Assembly (NCBI GenBank): GCA_976551045.1
Contig: CDPCPM010000077.1
Coordinates: 1,674,001 to 1,738,000, forward strand
Direction: 5' to 3'
Origin: Glaucostegus cemiculus
Lineage: Eukaryota
DNA: 64,000 nucleotides
Shown: piece by piece, positions 22,883-36,239 of the stretch
Layout: each line of letters opens with the position of its first letter
Numbering within the stretch: position 1 is the stretch's first letter
Translations under genes and position numbers: made by a program
Notes under the pieces: model-generated
Told to the model about the DNA's origin: nothing
Seen by the model: the letters and a program-made list of their open reading frames with translations, nothing else
Databases searched by the model: none

Positions 22883-23551
22883 ATTCTAAAGGATGTGGCA
22901 GAATATAGTGATGTCTTTCTTCATATATCAGCCTCCACAGTGACTGTTGGCACAACTGGTGAGAGGAATGTCTTTGCCCACATATTGGTGAGGCAGTACC
23001 ACTGTGTCATCCAGCCATCCCATTCTGATATTCTTCTGGAAATTAATGAATTCCAGCTTCATTTGGGAAGTCTATTTCTATCTGAATTAGGGGTGGGTTG
23101 GGGAAGGAATAGCAGATAGCAGGTTTGCAGTAAAATAGCAGATCAGTGCGTTGCAAGAAACATCAATAAAGAAACAAATTAAATCAACAAATCCCATCAA
23201 TCTCTCCACCTTCCTGTCTCTCGCAGTGATAGAAATCTTGGATGCCCATTATCTACTGGCAAGAACATATCTAGTGGTAGTTTACAAAGAATTGGATCGA
23301 TGATGCCATCTTGTCATCAGAAACATAGTTAGTCATCTGTAAAGTGCCTTGAATCTTCTGTGTAACGGGTACTGTTAGTGTTTTCACTACCTACTGAAAT
23401 AATGTAAAATTAAGGTAGGAACAAGCTGAGTAGGAGTTTGCAGAATGTAAGCTGCATACATGTCCTCCTGCATGATCTGTTTATTACAGGTGAGCAAGAG
23501 TTGAAAGTCCATGTTCTAGTATACATGAGGCTAAAGCAGGATCTAAAATGG

Positions 23552-23935
23552 CTAAAATATTGAATTCTCCCACTTTGGGTAATCCCCACAATCCCCCCCC
23601 CCCACCCCCCATGCTTCTTCTCTTCTTCCCTTTCCTAGCCTTTTTTCCTCTTTTACCTTTGACCCATCCCCCGGTGGATCTGCTCTCCACTCCTCCCCCA
23701 CACATGCCCATCACTGTCTCTTACCTGCATCTACCTAACACCACCCTGTGCCCACCCGGCCTCCCCTCTTTTGTTCACCTATCACCGCTCTGTTTTTCCC
23801 TTCTATATATTGGGCTTCCCCTTTTCCTACCTTCAGTCCTGAGGAAGGGTCCTGACCCGAAACGTTGACCGCCTGCATTTCTCCACGGATGCTGCCTGGC
23901 CTGCTGAGTTCCTCCAGCATCATCATGTTTCTCAT
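23552..23935 (+). mobile_element. Short, relatively young Penelope 3' fragment with near-intact hammerhead
   Basis: ORF end aatattgaattctcccactttgggtaa (NIEFSHFG*), pyrimidine UTR, hammerhead, pLTR tail. TSD caggatct(g)aaaatgg at 23537-23551 and 23936-23951. Confidence 0.85.
23834..23871 (+). ncRNA. Minimal type-I hammerhead ribozyme motif (best-preserved copy)
   Basis: CAGTC CTGAGGA A GGGTC CT GACCC GAAAC GTT GACCG: CUGANGA core, extra A after A9, 5-bp stem II, GAAA, loopless palindromic stem III (ACGT), GUU triplet, stem I 4/5 paired. Confidence 0.75.
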
Positions 23936-24769
23936 CAGGATCTGAAAATGGTTTTACTTATTGAAATCCAGGGAAATGTTGTGATTTTTAATTGACTTTT
24001 GGTGGACTGTAACTTCTTTTCCAGTAAAATCTGAGTTCCTTGTGGGACATTTGTGCGTTTACTGTTAAGCTGAAAGGTGACACAAAGGAATTGAAGCCAC
24101 TACTATCTTTTAAAAATAGCATTCCACTGAGATGCAATCGAGATCAGCAAAGGAGCAGGGAAGTAGATTATTACATTGATATCTGTTAATCAGCCCCCAG
24201 AGCAAGGTTGATCTTTGCAACAACTGATTGTCAGTGCACTGTAAAAGGAAAGCATTCTGAATGTTTGTTTAGTGCCCAGTAAAGCCAGCTTTCCTACTGA
24301 TGAATACTTTGAGCAGAGTAAACAAAACAAGATATTGTGTATGATTTATCTCTGCACTGAGGAATAGGGCACACCAGTGTGAAGCTTAGTGTTAGGCTCT
24401 GGCAGAAAGCTGGACTGTGGCAATATTGTAACGCACTGTGTGACAAGATACATGCACACTTCTTATCAGTGTTAGAAAATTCCACTTGAATGTTAGCCAC
24501 ATGCTAGTTACTTCTCTGTTTGACAACACTGAGAGCATTTGCTTGCTTCTCAGTAGTGTCACTTTATAAGTCATTTTATCATTCGATTGTAAATTCTTCA
24601 GCTTTTTCTAAAGTATGCTGTGAAGTTCATTTCTAATCCACTGAGATTGGTTTCCATAAAAAAGACATCCTTAGCTACCCCACTAAAATGGAAAGAGCCA
24701 GAACTGCTGTCTCTCAGCACGTGGTCGTTATGTGCTGTGTGATAGATTTTGAAATTGAGAATCAGTCGT

Positions 24770-24995
24770 AGAATCATAGAGAGATACAGCACGGAAGCAG
24801 GCCCTTCAGCCCACCAAGTCTTTGCTGGGTATCAGGCACCCATTTTTACATTGATCTATCCTAACCCATTTTATTCTCCCCAGATTCCCAACAACTCAGC
24901 CATCCTCACAGATTCTACTAGTCATCTACACACTAGGGGCAAATTACATTGTCCGATTACACCAACCTACACGTTCTTGGGATGTGGGAGAAAGC
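24770..24995 (-). mobile_element. V-SINE 3' half with CR1-type tail
   Basis: tagaatcatagagagatacagcacggaagcaggcccttcagccca..tacactaggggcaa..ttgggatgtgggag. Confidence 0.75.
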
Positions 24996-27900
24996 TGAAA
25001 AGGCCGGTAGTTTCAGTGCTGTGCAACAGGGAAGTCATCCCCACATCCTCTTGTGAAACGGTGTCTCCAGAGGCCCAGGCTTTGAACTTTTTGCTGGGTT
25101 TAAAACAAAATGGTGGGCCAAACATGGGCAAGTGGGACTAGCTTATATGGAAATCTTGGCCGGCATTGTCCAGTTGGGCTAAAGAGCCTGTTACCGTGCT
25201 GTATGACTCTCAAATTTATCTTTCAAACAAAGTTTGGTGGTTCCATGCTAAATAATGAGACCATACTGCGGTTGAGGTAAAGTTGAGGGGCCAGAAATGA
25301 AGTGTGTCCTGCCCCTTGGTCCACCAACTTAAAGTACACTCCTGGGGTGGAGCGGGAGGCCTGCTGCATCTGCATCAGTCCTCCAGCGCATTTCTGAATT
25401 CCACGGTGCTGCGTGCAGACTTGGAAGTCTGGAATGTGCTGCAGCTAAGCGGGAGGTTCTTTGCCGATCTGCCATTGGCAAGTTTCAGACCACTCATGAA
25501 GTGAAATGACAACTTATGTAGTGCTTTTAACGCCAATGTGTTTTGTTTTGGTGAAGTCTGAATGCCTACCACAATTAGAATGTCATAAGTTGATAAATTC
25601 CATACAACTGCCCAAGTTAACTCCATTCATTGTAATATATCAAAACCCTACATGTTGCCTTAATTGTGCAATCCATCACAATGCCACCAAGTAATTTGAA
25701 GAGTTGCCCTTGATGTCTCGGAAATCATTCAAGGCCAACATGGTCTCAGATTTTTCATCTCTGCCTGGAATGTCAGCCCTGACCTTGGAAAATCGGTAAA
25801 TTCGCCTCCCTATTCCGGTCAGAAAACGGATTCAGTCATTACCAATTTCTGCCTCGCAGGTGGAAGTGTCTAGAGTTTTAAATCAGCCAAGTGTACTTTG
25901 TCATTTCAGATCTCGTGCTTAGATCAGCAGCAATTAGGATCCATTTTAGGCTGGGTGCCAGTTGAAAAGTGCCAGTTTTGTAGCGTTGATCCAAGGCTAG
26001 AACAGATGTCGATTCCATTGATTCATTTGAGCTTCTCACAGCCAGATCAGTGTTCACATCAGAGGAGCAGATTTTTTTGCCAGCTTTCAATATACTGGAT
26101 CACCTTGAAACTAGAGTGTGGAAATAAATCCAGTTTAGTGCAAAAATTGGAAGAGGAGATACAAAACTAGCAGAGCAATCTTGCCCTTTAATGCAAGTAA
26201 CTTTTAGAATATGTCCACGAATTATACATGCTAAGTTATACTGGTGAAACCACGGTAAGACGCATTATTGGAAATACGTGAGGACTCAGGATTTTAAACA
26301 AAGTGTGGCAGTTCATTCAATGACCCCTTCCACAGTCTCCTTGTTGTTAGTACAGCTCGTGTGACAGTGATGTCATCGGCATATTTGCATGCACTACTTT
26401 ATGCCTCCACAGGAAGTTATGTTCCAGAGACAGGCCATTTGGTCCATCGTGTTCCTGCCAGCACTTTGCAGACTATGGCACATCAAGTGCCCAAAGGGAG
26501 CATTTTTTTAAAATGAGAATGCAAGCAAAAACCCCTCATGTCATTTTAGGCAGTAAGTTCCAGACCACCACTCATAACTCTTTGGATGAGTGGATATCCA
26601 TACTTATACATATTTACCTGAGAAGCCCACAAACCAGCCTGGTCAAGTATTGCATTGAGTACAACAAGACGTCAAGACGTGACTTGGGGACTAATTGGGT
26701 CTATTAATGCTTCTTGGGAACAAAGCCTTGGGATGTCTTACACTGTTACTTTTACTTGTTCAGTAATTGTTTGTATTCTAAGCCAAGTAGTAGCATTTTC
26801 AGTGACCACGGTAGCTTGAAAAGTCCAGTGTTGAATTAGATCAGCAGAGACGCAGTCACAATGTGTGCCATAATTTGGTCTGTCTCACATCTACAGGCTT
26901 GATTATCTCAGAGACCCCACAATGCTGGTTGACTGCACAGAGTCTTCGCTCAGCCTAGAAACAGTGACAATATGCCCATTCGTGATCCAGGAGGTTGAGC
27001 GCAAGGTTTCATGATCAGGAGCCTTGTTCATGGGCAATGTCAAGTCTTGCAGTCTCTGCTACATACTGGCATGGCAGCTTCGACCAGAAAGGGTGATGAG
27101 TTGGTCATTGAACAGAGACAATTTTGGGTTGGCACATAGCTTTGAGAGAAGTTTGTTGTTTGTGGCTTCTCGTAATGTGAGAGGGAGCAATGTGGCTCAG
27201 AAATGGGAGCCATGGAACCCAACAGATTGGAGAGTTCTTGTAATGATTTACATTGTTAAAGAGGTAAATTGCTGTTGGACTATAACCAGCTGTAACACTG
27301 TTACTTTCTCAATATAATTGTTTTGTTGAGCCTGGCAAGGAACATTCCTAAAACCAGGATGACTACCGTGTCCTACAGATGGGTGGTTTTCTCGTCAGCC
27401 ATGGTCATTGTTGCACACCGATTGTCTTTACCACACTTTGCCACCCCTTCCTAAACTGTGGTTACTGAGACATGCATTTAGCTATGGAGAAATGTGCAAT
27501 TTGGAACAAGTATACAAACTCAATTATTCCAACTATCACGAGACTAAAACTACTGAGGCATTGACTTTTTCACCATGAGTTCCTGCTCCTGTATCAGCTA
27601 AGATGTAGGAAAGAGATAAACCTGACAGTAATGAAGCTGAAGGATTAGATTTAATTATAATTTCCTTTGCAAAGAAGGTTCCCAGTGCATCTTGTACCAC
27701 CTCTTCTGGCCAAGGTCAGAACTTGAAATTCTGGACCTGCCTGATGCTCTAATTTCAATCCTCATTCTTACAGTAATTAAAGTGTAGAAGAATGAATTTG
27801 TCCAATTGTCCATGAAATCATGTCTTGATATGGTGCCAAGGGATATTAGGACATTCAGCTGTACTATAAATGCAAGATGATATTGTCAGATAAAACTTTC

Positions 27901-28724
27901 ATCCATTGAATTCTTGCTCTTACTTTACACAGCAAATAAACATCATGAAGTGCCATTGAAAACATTCAAGTGCAACTGTGTGCATTAGTCAGTCAAATTG
28001 CAAAACTTTCAGGAGAAATAACATGAACTAATAGGGAAATTATCATTTAGCATTTTTTGATGTTGCATTGTTTAGGAAGGATGTGAATTTAGGCACAAAA
28101 TGGCACTTGTTAGGTTTGCCAGGTTTTACGATAGTCTCGTGAACAATATTTTATCTCCTGAGCACTACCTGCAACTCGCGTTAATGCCAGGAAACCACAG
28201 AGAGCCCATGGCATTGCTTCCAGGATCTTGCATGCAAATACAGATTGTATAATATTAAATGTAAGGATTGTGGCCATTCCCTGGAATGTGATTGGTCTTA
28301 GACAATGCTCAAAATAAGCAACTCATTTTACATGGCCCTGTTTTCTTTATTGGTTTTAATAGGGGAGGAAATAAAACATATTCAAGTGGGATGAAATATC
28401 AGAAGACAATTGAGCATCACTATCTTGTGCCATCACCCAAGGCCACGTGAATTTCCAGAAGTGCTTCCATGTAATTGGGTGTAAAGAAACAAAAGCTCAA
28501 TGAAAAGTGGAACAAGGGGGGTAGGGGGCAAGATTATGAATTGTAAAACTGTTGCTAAGGTATTTGAGAGAGTCTCGAGTTTGATTTATTTTTTTGCAGC
28601 AGTTTTACATCAGCTACTTTAAGTACACTCCACTCTTTGTAATGGTGCAACAGAGTACACAACGGACGCTGTTGCAAGTTTTCGGTTTATAATGAGCTGA
28701 CAAAGCTGTGTCAGTCACAGGGGT

Positions 28725-29300
28725 TAGATAGATTAGATAGATAGATTCACTTTACTATCATTTCTTTGAGTATTTACACACACAAAAAAAACAAAATACT
28801 GTTTCTTGCCAGTTCATGTCAGTGTGCAAAAGAACAGTGATAAATATCTAAAATAGTCTAAAAACATCTCTAAAAACAAAACTGAAAACATAACAAGACC
28901 ACATATTCATATCTGTTTAAAGTGCATCTATGTATTAATAAGTGCTTATACAGTTCGAGATGAAGTTCAACTTATCATGTAACTATCAAACTGTTTCTGT
29001 GTTTATGTGAGTATATACATGTGTGGAGGGAGAGCTTGTTGGTGGAAGTGGAAGGAGACACATTCCACTTATGATCCTGACTGCTTGTGGGGAAAAAGCT
29101 GTTCAGCATCCTACTAGATCTAGAACAGATGCTCCGATACCTCTTCCCCAACAGCAGGAGGGAAAACAGGTCATGAAAAGGATGATGAAAATCCTTAATA
29201 ATGGCCATAGCTCTGCGAACACAGCGTTGTTGATAGATCTCTCTCAAAAAGGGGAGAGGGGCACCGATGATCCTTCTAGCTGTCTTCACCATCCTATTTA
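28725..29300 (-). mobile_element. Rex1/Babar-type LINE 3' end with terminal (GATA)n microsatellite
   Basis: LNRMVKTARRIIGAPLP..IIKDFHHPFHDLFSLLLLGKRYRSICSRSSRMLNSFFP; gatagattagatagatagatt at ~28726-28748. Confidence 0.8.
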
Positions 29301-30074
29301 ACCAATTGGTCAGGTCAGTAACCGGTGCCTTCAAGGCCATTTCTAGCAAGTGGTTCTGTAGTTTTGAATCAATTCAACTTTAACTGAAACTAGGTTAACA
29401 AATCAATGCACATTCAATAATTCCCTTAAATAGCCTGCTGCCATCTTTGCTTGATCCTGGGGACTAAAAATGCATATCCCACTGCTAACGATTATATAGA
29501 TCTATATACTCAGACATCAATGTTTAGGATTAGGTGTATACCTTATTGCTTTACATTCCATGTTTTATAGAGTAAGTGGTAGATTTAGTTAGGACAGTAT
29601 AGAGATTTATCAAGCCCGCAGAGAAAATAAATGCTATTTACCAAAGTTAAATTGAATTCACAAAAGTGGAATCAGTCTGAAAAGGTAAATCCTGACAAAA
29701 GTCATGTTACAGCAGGGGAATTTAAATGAACTGTTCTCTTTGTTTTATACTGGGAATCAAACAGACTTTCTGAAAATAGAAAATAAATGCACTTGGCCTT
29801 AACGGTTTCTGGGTCACAGCTCTCAAGTGGATTGAAAAAATACAAATAATAGTTTCTATACATTAATCCAGTTACTTGCATTTTTCCAGTGATTAAATCT
29901 AAATCAATATCACAAGGGCTACAGTGACAGAAGAGAAAATTACTTGTTTGGAACTCCAGGGTAATCAAAAAATGGATCAGGACAAATTCAAAATAATAGT
30001 TGTAGGAGATTACATTGCCTCAATGCTTGATTAAAATTGACAAGATTGGGTAGAACAAATGGTGGATTTTTCAA

Positions 30075-30600
30075 AATTCATTCATGGCATGCTAGCTCTG
30101 TTGGCAAGATCATCTTTTATTGACCATTCCCAAAAGTTCCTTGGTGATTGTGAGCTGCCTTCTTTTGAGTGGTGAAGGCGTTTGCTGGTGAGTTCTGGGA
30201 TTTAGTTTCAGAACAATGAAACAGGGTTATGTTTCCAAGTCAGAGTAGTGGAGGGGCACTTGGAAGGTGGTGACATTCCCTTGCACCTCTCACCCTTTTC
30301 AGAGTCTTGAGTTTGCATAATTGGACAGTACTGATAAGAAAACTTGGCAAGGTGCATTTTGCAGACAATACACAAGGTAGCTATGTTGTTGCTCTGGGGA
30401 TGGTGGAAGTGACTATTTAAAATGTTGGATGAAGCGCCAATTGTGAGCATGAGGCTCTTTGATACTGAAAGACCTGCAGTTATCAGGAAAGTGAAGAGAT
30501 TTCCCTCATGCAGATGATGGTGTACTTTGGAAGTCATGAGATAAGATCCTTATCCCTTAGTATCAAGCCTCTGACCTGCACTTGAATAGTTATGTGGTAC
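30075..30600 (-). mobile_element. Old LINE 3' end (same family as 9940-10520)
   Basis: ttggcaag..ttttattgaccattccc..tgagctgccttctt is the reverse complement of the tail at 10140-10520. Confidence 0.55.
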
Positions 30601-31049
30601 TTATAGCTCTGGTCCTTTTAGGTTATGAGGAAGAGATGGCCTTGGGATGTCCATTATGCCTTTCATCTGCATTGATTCCCAATTAAACTATGCCTCGATT
30701 TTTCAACATTTTCATCTATTTACAGCTCCTTCAGTGGCCTAGCCCTTCCTAATTTGTAACCTTGCCAGTCTTTCAAACCTCTATGACAGCTGCATTAGAG
30801 GTCTGCATTTAAATAAGGTTATAATTTTTTCCATGCCCAACCGTTGCATAAATATGACAATCTCAAACATACTAGTGACCTGTTTGAGGATGAAATACTA
30901 AATATTTTCAAGAAGAGGACACATGCTGAGCGTCATCCCTGGCAACCTGGCACAGTGCAACCTGACCCACTGTGAACATGACGTGTAGTCAGATCGTGTT
31001 TGGTTCAGGTCAGGTAACCACGCTCTGTGCTCAAAGGTTGTCCTATTAT

Positions 31050-31290
31050 ACGTCCCCAATGATCAAGGCTTCAGCTGCTGAAGCTGGAGACTCTGGAATT
31101 CCCTCCCTGAACTTCTCTGCATCTTTTTCCCCCTTTAAGACATTTTCTAGAACTACCCTCTTTGGTCATCTGCTGTACCATAGTTTTATGTGGATCAGTG
31201 TGAAATTTTGTTTGATAACTCTCCTGTGGAGCGTCCTGCTGTGTTTTAACATAGTAAGGGCATGTAATAAATACATTGCACTTGTTACTG
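31050..31290 (+). mobile_element. L2 LINE 3' end
   Basis: gcttcagctg..ctctggaattccctccct..tttaagaca..ctctttg..ctcctgtggagcgtc..aataaatac, typical of an L2 terminus. Confidence 0.65.
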
Positions 31291-31687
31291 ATGGCGTGGG
31301 ATTCAAGTGTGCTGAACCCAATGAAGATCATTCAGAGTTGGTTAGACTCTATTGTTGGAGATTGCTGTAGTCTAGTGTTATTGTGAAAGTGTAAATCCAG
31401 AGGCCACTTCCCATTCCTGTAACTGTAGTGCTGTATCAGATAAGGTTTCTTATGGTTTTGTCCTACAGTCATTATGTGTTAGTGTGAAATGTTGTTGTCA
31501 TGTTTTCTACCATCTTAGTATTTTATCAAAACTTTGTAAGATTTTCAGTTTAATGACTCTCAAAACCATAGTCATGCTTTGGCGATAGGTCAAAGAACAG
31601 AGGTAGCATTTTCTGAATGAATTGGACACGTAAAATATTGAAAGACATGGCTAACGTTTTTTTTAATAAGTTGGTGATAAAATTGGT

Positions 31688-32235
31688 AAACTGTTTTATT
31701 GTTGTCACGTGGACCAAGGTACAGTGAAAAACTTGTCTTACATACTGTTCATACAGATCAATTCATTACACAGTGCATTGAGGTCGTACAAGGTAGAACT
31801 ATAACAGAATGCAGAACAAAGTGTGACAGTTACATAAAAAGTGCAGTACATGTAGACAATAAGGTGCAAGGTCATAACGAGGTAGATTGTGAGGTCAAGA
31901 GTCCATCTTATCGTATTAGAGAACCGTTTGATAGTCTTATAATAGTGAGGTAGAAGCTGTCTTTGGATCTGGTGTACTTGCTTTGAGGCTTTTGTACCTA
32001 CTGCCTGATGGGATATCTGGGGTGGGTGGGATCTTTGATTATGCTGGCTGTTCTACCGAGGCAGCAAGAAGTATAGACAGAGTCCGTGGAGGGGAGGCTG
32101 GTTTCCGTGATTGTTCTGAGCTGTGTCCACAACTCTCTGCAGTTTCTTGTGGCCACAGGCAGAGCAGTTGTGTACCAAACCATGATGCATTTGGGTAGAA
32201 TGCTTTCTATGGTGCATCGATAAAAATTGATGGAG
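31688..32235 (-). mobile_element. Rex1/Babar LINE 3' fragment
   Basis: NFYRCTIESILPKCIMVWY..TITETSLPS.DSVYTS.CLG..ASIIKDPTHP; same UTR as 20013. Confidence 0.9.
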
Positions 32236-33049
32236 GATAGTAAGTCAAACAACAGGACAGGACCCTGGTGGTGACATTACAAATGTCTTTAAAACTTCCA
32301 GAATGATTCTATTTCTGTGTTTGTATAACTTCAAAGTTTCCAAGGGTGACATTGAAGAGTCCCTTTCATTCACCTGTTTTTCCAACTGCTCTTCAGCATC
32401 TATTAACCAGATTTGATATGATCAAAGAGCAGTTGAGCCAGACATCTCTAGATTATATTGTTGGAAATTCTGTACAATGGAGTTGTCCCAATTCCAAGAA
32501 GTAAGATCAATTCAATGACTAGGGTGAACATCCATTGCTATGGACACATGATCCTGTCTGAAACCAGGTTAAATTGTTCACAACGTTTTCAGGCTTCACC
32601 ACAGAAGGAGTTTCAGGTCTACTCCTTCATCACCACAACATCTTCATAAAACAGTGAACTTTGCCTCTGGCTCAACTAATTTGAACACATAACACATGAT
32701 GATTCCAGTGCTCTCCTGACTGGACTTCCTCATTCTAGTCTCAGTCATCTTGAGATCAAACTAAACTACTGCCAACACTGAGTCATGTCTGTTATGTTTG
32801 TTCTTCATTAAGAGACAAAACTTGGCATGGGTTTTAACTTCTGAACTTCTTAATATAACACATAATACAATGACTGCATCTTGACTGTCCAGCTGCTGAT
32901 GAATCTCTTGCAAACCCAAGAGACTCTGCTAAGTCATTCACCTTGTTTACACAGCTTGCTTGCTTACTCACAGTCACTTCCTATTCCTCCAGGTGACCCC
33001 TTGCATTGTCTGCTGGGAACTGTAGTTCTTTATAACAACACATAATAAC

Positions 33050-33560
33050 ACAACGTCCATCATGGCTCCTGTGCTCATTGACATACATAGGCTTCTTATT
33101 AAGCAATGCCATGATTTTAAATTCTCATCCTTGTTTTCAAGTCTCTCCAATTCTCCATCTCTCCCCTGAGCTGGCCCCTGCAAGTGGGACTAGCTCAGAT
33201 AGATGACTTGGTCAGCATGAACAAGAGTTGGGCAGGAGGATCTGTGTCCATGCTGTATTACTCTGTGACTCTCTCACTTTTATCTTTTCAATTCCTAAGA
33301 CCTTCTGTACAATCTGCACATCTCTCATTACTTCCTCTTGATCTTCCCTGATTTTAACTTCTCCATGATTGGCAGCTGTCGCTTTGACCATCAAGCCCCT
33401 GCCTTTGCTCCGAAATACCCTCCCCACACGTATCTGTCTTTCCACATCTGTTTCCAATTCAGGCACTGCTTAAAGCCTGCCTCATTTGCTGAAGTTTTGG
33501 TTATCTCTCTGCTATCTCCTTCAGTGGTTTGAATTTGATATCTACATTTTATCCCTCTCA
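33050..33560 (+). mobile_element. Old L2 3' fragment with inserted CR1 tail (~33176-33270)
   Basis: ctcctgtgctcattgac.tacat.ggct..gattttaaattctcatccttgttttcaa (L2 LHWLP..FKI region); insert caagtgggactagctcagat..tgtccatgctgtattactctgtgact. Confidence 0.6.
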
Positions 33561-34954
33561 GGAACTGAGGTTAAAAACACCCCATGACACCTCTTTATGA
33601 GCTTACTCATGTGAATGAAATAAGCTCATATCTTCTAAGGTCAGCTCACTTCAGCCCTTTTCCCTGATTTAGAACATTTAGCTTAGAAATTCCAGTGCAC
33701 TGAAAAACGAACCACATAGAAACCCATGGCATTTTCCCTCAGGGACCATGATTGAGCGATTTCCTTATAGGTTCTTGTGCATGGAATTGTGTATTTCCCA
33801 GAATTTCAGTAGAGTTGTACATATGAACCATATGCATCTTCATGTATCACACAAGAAGCATGACATTACCTAATAGTCAGAATAGTCTGTAGGTTAACAT
33901 TTGGAGTGATCCTTCTATTTCTGTTTTCATAAGTACTGCCTGACTTTGCTGCATTTTCTGTTTTCGAGTTTCAGATTTCCAGCATCTGCAGTTTATTTTT
34001 GCTTCAATTGCATGCATACCTTTTTTTTATAAGTGAGAATTTCACGAAGCTGTTGTTCATGTTTTATTCTGCAATGCAATTTGAAGTGGGTTCAACTGCA
34101 CTACCAGTGCAGAGATGTTAAGTGCTGACACGCTGATGGGTAGAGTCTGTCATGTTAATCACAGAAGTATTACAACTGTGTAGAAGCCTTTGAATCTAAA
34201 CTGAAGAAGCAAAGTATCACAAAAATATAAGAATCGATGGAATTTCATTATCATTTGATTGTTTTGTTAGAAGCAAAGCCAGCAATTGCATCATTCGTAA
34301 ATCCGAGGATTTTTTGTTCCCCAAAAGGAAAAATTTATGAGCCAGCAGTGTGACTGCTGTGTTCCTTTTGTCGTTATGTGCCAAGAAAGTCGCCGCTGCC
34401 TTGTTCATGAAAGAATTTCACACTGCTGGTCACAGCTGCAGTTCATGTCGGACTGTGCTGCTTCCCCTCGTGTAGTCTGAGCCCCAAGCAGCAAGTACAT
34501 CAGGAACTGTCATCCACCGCACGGAATCCCCTGGTGGAACGGAGTCAAGATGGGCAGAGGAAAGGTCATGAGAAGGGGGGAAGTGCCTCTCAGACACGCG
34601 GTAGAGTGCCTCTAAGCACTCGTAAAGGAGAGGTTACAAGGCAGTGTGACTATTATTTAAGAAGATATTGTTAACTTATCTTTCCAATATACTTAATGAT
34701 TGATCAATGTACGATGCTTTCACGTAAGAACACAAAAACATCAAGAAAAGCTTGCCTGAAAATGTGCTAAGCAGTGAGTGTCCAGTACAGAGTGGGACAG
34801 GACTTCCTTGCTTCCCACAAAACTTGGTATGTAGCCTGGCAGGTAATTTATTGATCTGGAAACACAGGTTCAAATCTCCCCAGTGCAACTGGAGATTTTC
34901 AGTCTAAGTAATTAAATAAGGCTGCTTCTGTTGTGGTGACCATGAAATTGTAAG

Positions 34955-35505
34955 GAAGACACAAAAACTGTTTCTTTGAGTCAAAGAGTCAGCCCCTTGT
35001 CCCAATTCATCCATGCTGACCAAGCTGTCGACCTAAGCTAGTCCCAGTTGCCTGTGTTTGGCCCATATACCTCTGAACCTTGCCTGTCAATGTACTAAGC
35101 CAAATGTCTTTTAAATGCTATTATTTTATTTGTCTCAACTATTTTCTCTGGCAGCTCATTCCATACATGCTCCACCCTCTCTGTAAAGAAGTTGCCCAAG
35201 TCCCTTCTAAATCTTGCCCCTCTCACCTTAAACCTATGCCCTCAGGTTTTTGATTCCCTTTCCCTGGGACAAAGACCATGTGCGTTCACCCTATCTATGC
35301 CTGTCATGATTTTATACACCCTCTATAAGGTCACCCCTCTTTTCCTGCATTCCAAGGAATAAAGACCCAGCCTGCCCAACCTCTCCCTATAACCCTCGAG
35401 TTCTGGCAACATTCTCATAAATCTTCTTTGCACTCTTTCCTTTAAAAGGGTAACCAAAATTGTACACAATACTCCTTGTGCAGCCTCACTGATGTCTTCT
35501 ACATC
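34955..35505 (-). mobile_element. CR1 3' fragment
   Basis: Reverse complement of the CR1 copy at 4130-4640 (gctagtcccagttgcctg..cctctcaccttaaacctatgccctc..ccctatctatgcc). Confidence 0.85.
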
Positions 35506-36239
35506 TCAATAGATTTAAAAAAGAGGAACTGATAGGGAAGGAGCATAAATTAACACCAGAAATAAAGGGAGGAAGAGAAATTGGAGTGAGAGAAAAAAGT
35601 GATAATGAAAAACCATTTTTTTTTAATTGCATTTTACTTTCCACTAGAATAATTTTCTTCTGGCAGGAACTTTTCAGAGTTTCTATTCTGGCCCTTGAAG
35701 TTCATTGTTATCATATTAATAACTAGTGCCTTGTTACAGATCTACTTGCACTGTCAGATTCCAGCCCTCAAATCTTGCGATGCACTTAATAAGGAATTAA
35801 AGTGCAAATTCAGCAAAAGTATTGGGGAGTCCAGGAGCTAAAATGTTAACCAGAGTCTCCTCCCTTTCCAGCTGCTGCTTGACTCTCTGAGTGTTTGCAA
35901 CATATTCTGTGTTTTTGTGTCTGGGAGGAATACTTTCCTCTCCACAGGGGTGTAGCTGTTGGAAGCCTTCTACCAGATTACTGCTTGAAGCACCTATTAG
36001 TGAACATTCCCTACTAATCTGGAACAATCAGTGCTTTACCACCCACAGAAAAGGCAGCCTCTTCAAAGTAACTAGTCTTATTTTCCTTAATTGCTCTCAT
36101 TAAATTAATGGGCATTTCTGAATGATGCTTTGTTTTATGTACACTGTTAATTCAAGACTATTAAAATGGATTTCTCTTAATTTATTGTGCACTATGAAAT
36201 GGCATTAAAAAAATTGTTAAAAGAACAATTGTAAATTAT

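Noticed and set aside
29493-29508. 16-bp perfect palindrome tatatagatctatata
   Set aside because: Low-complexity AT-rich palindrome with no supporting context.
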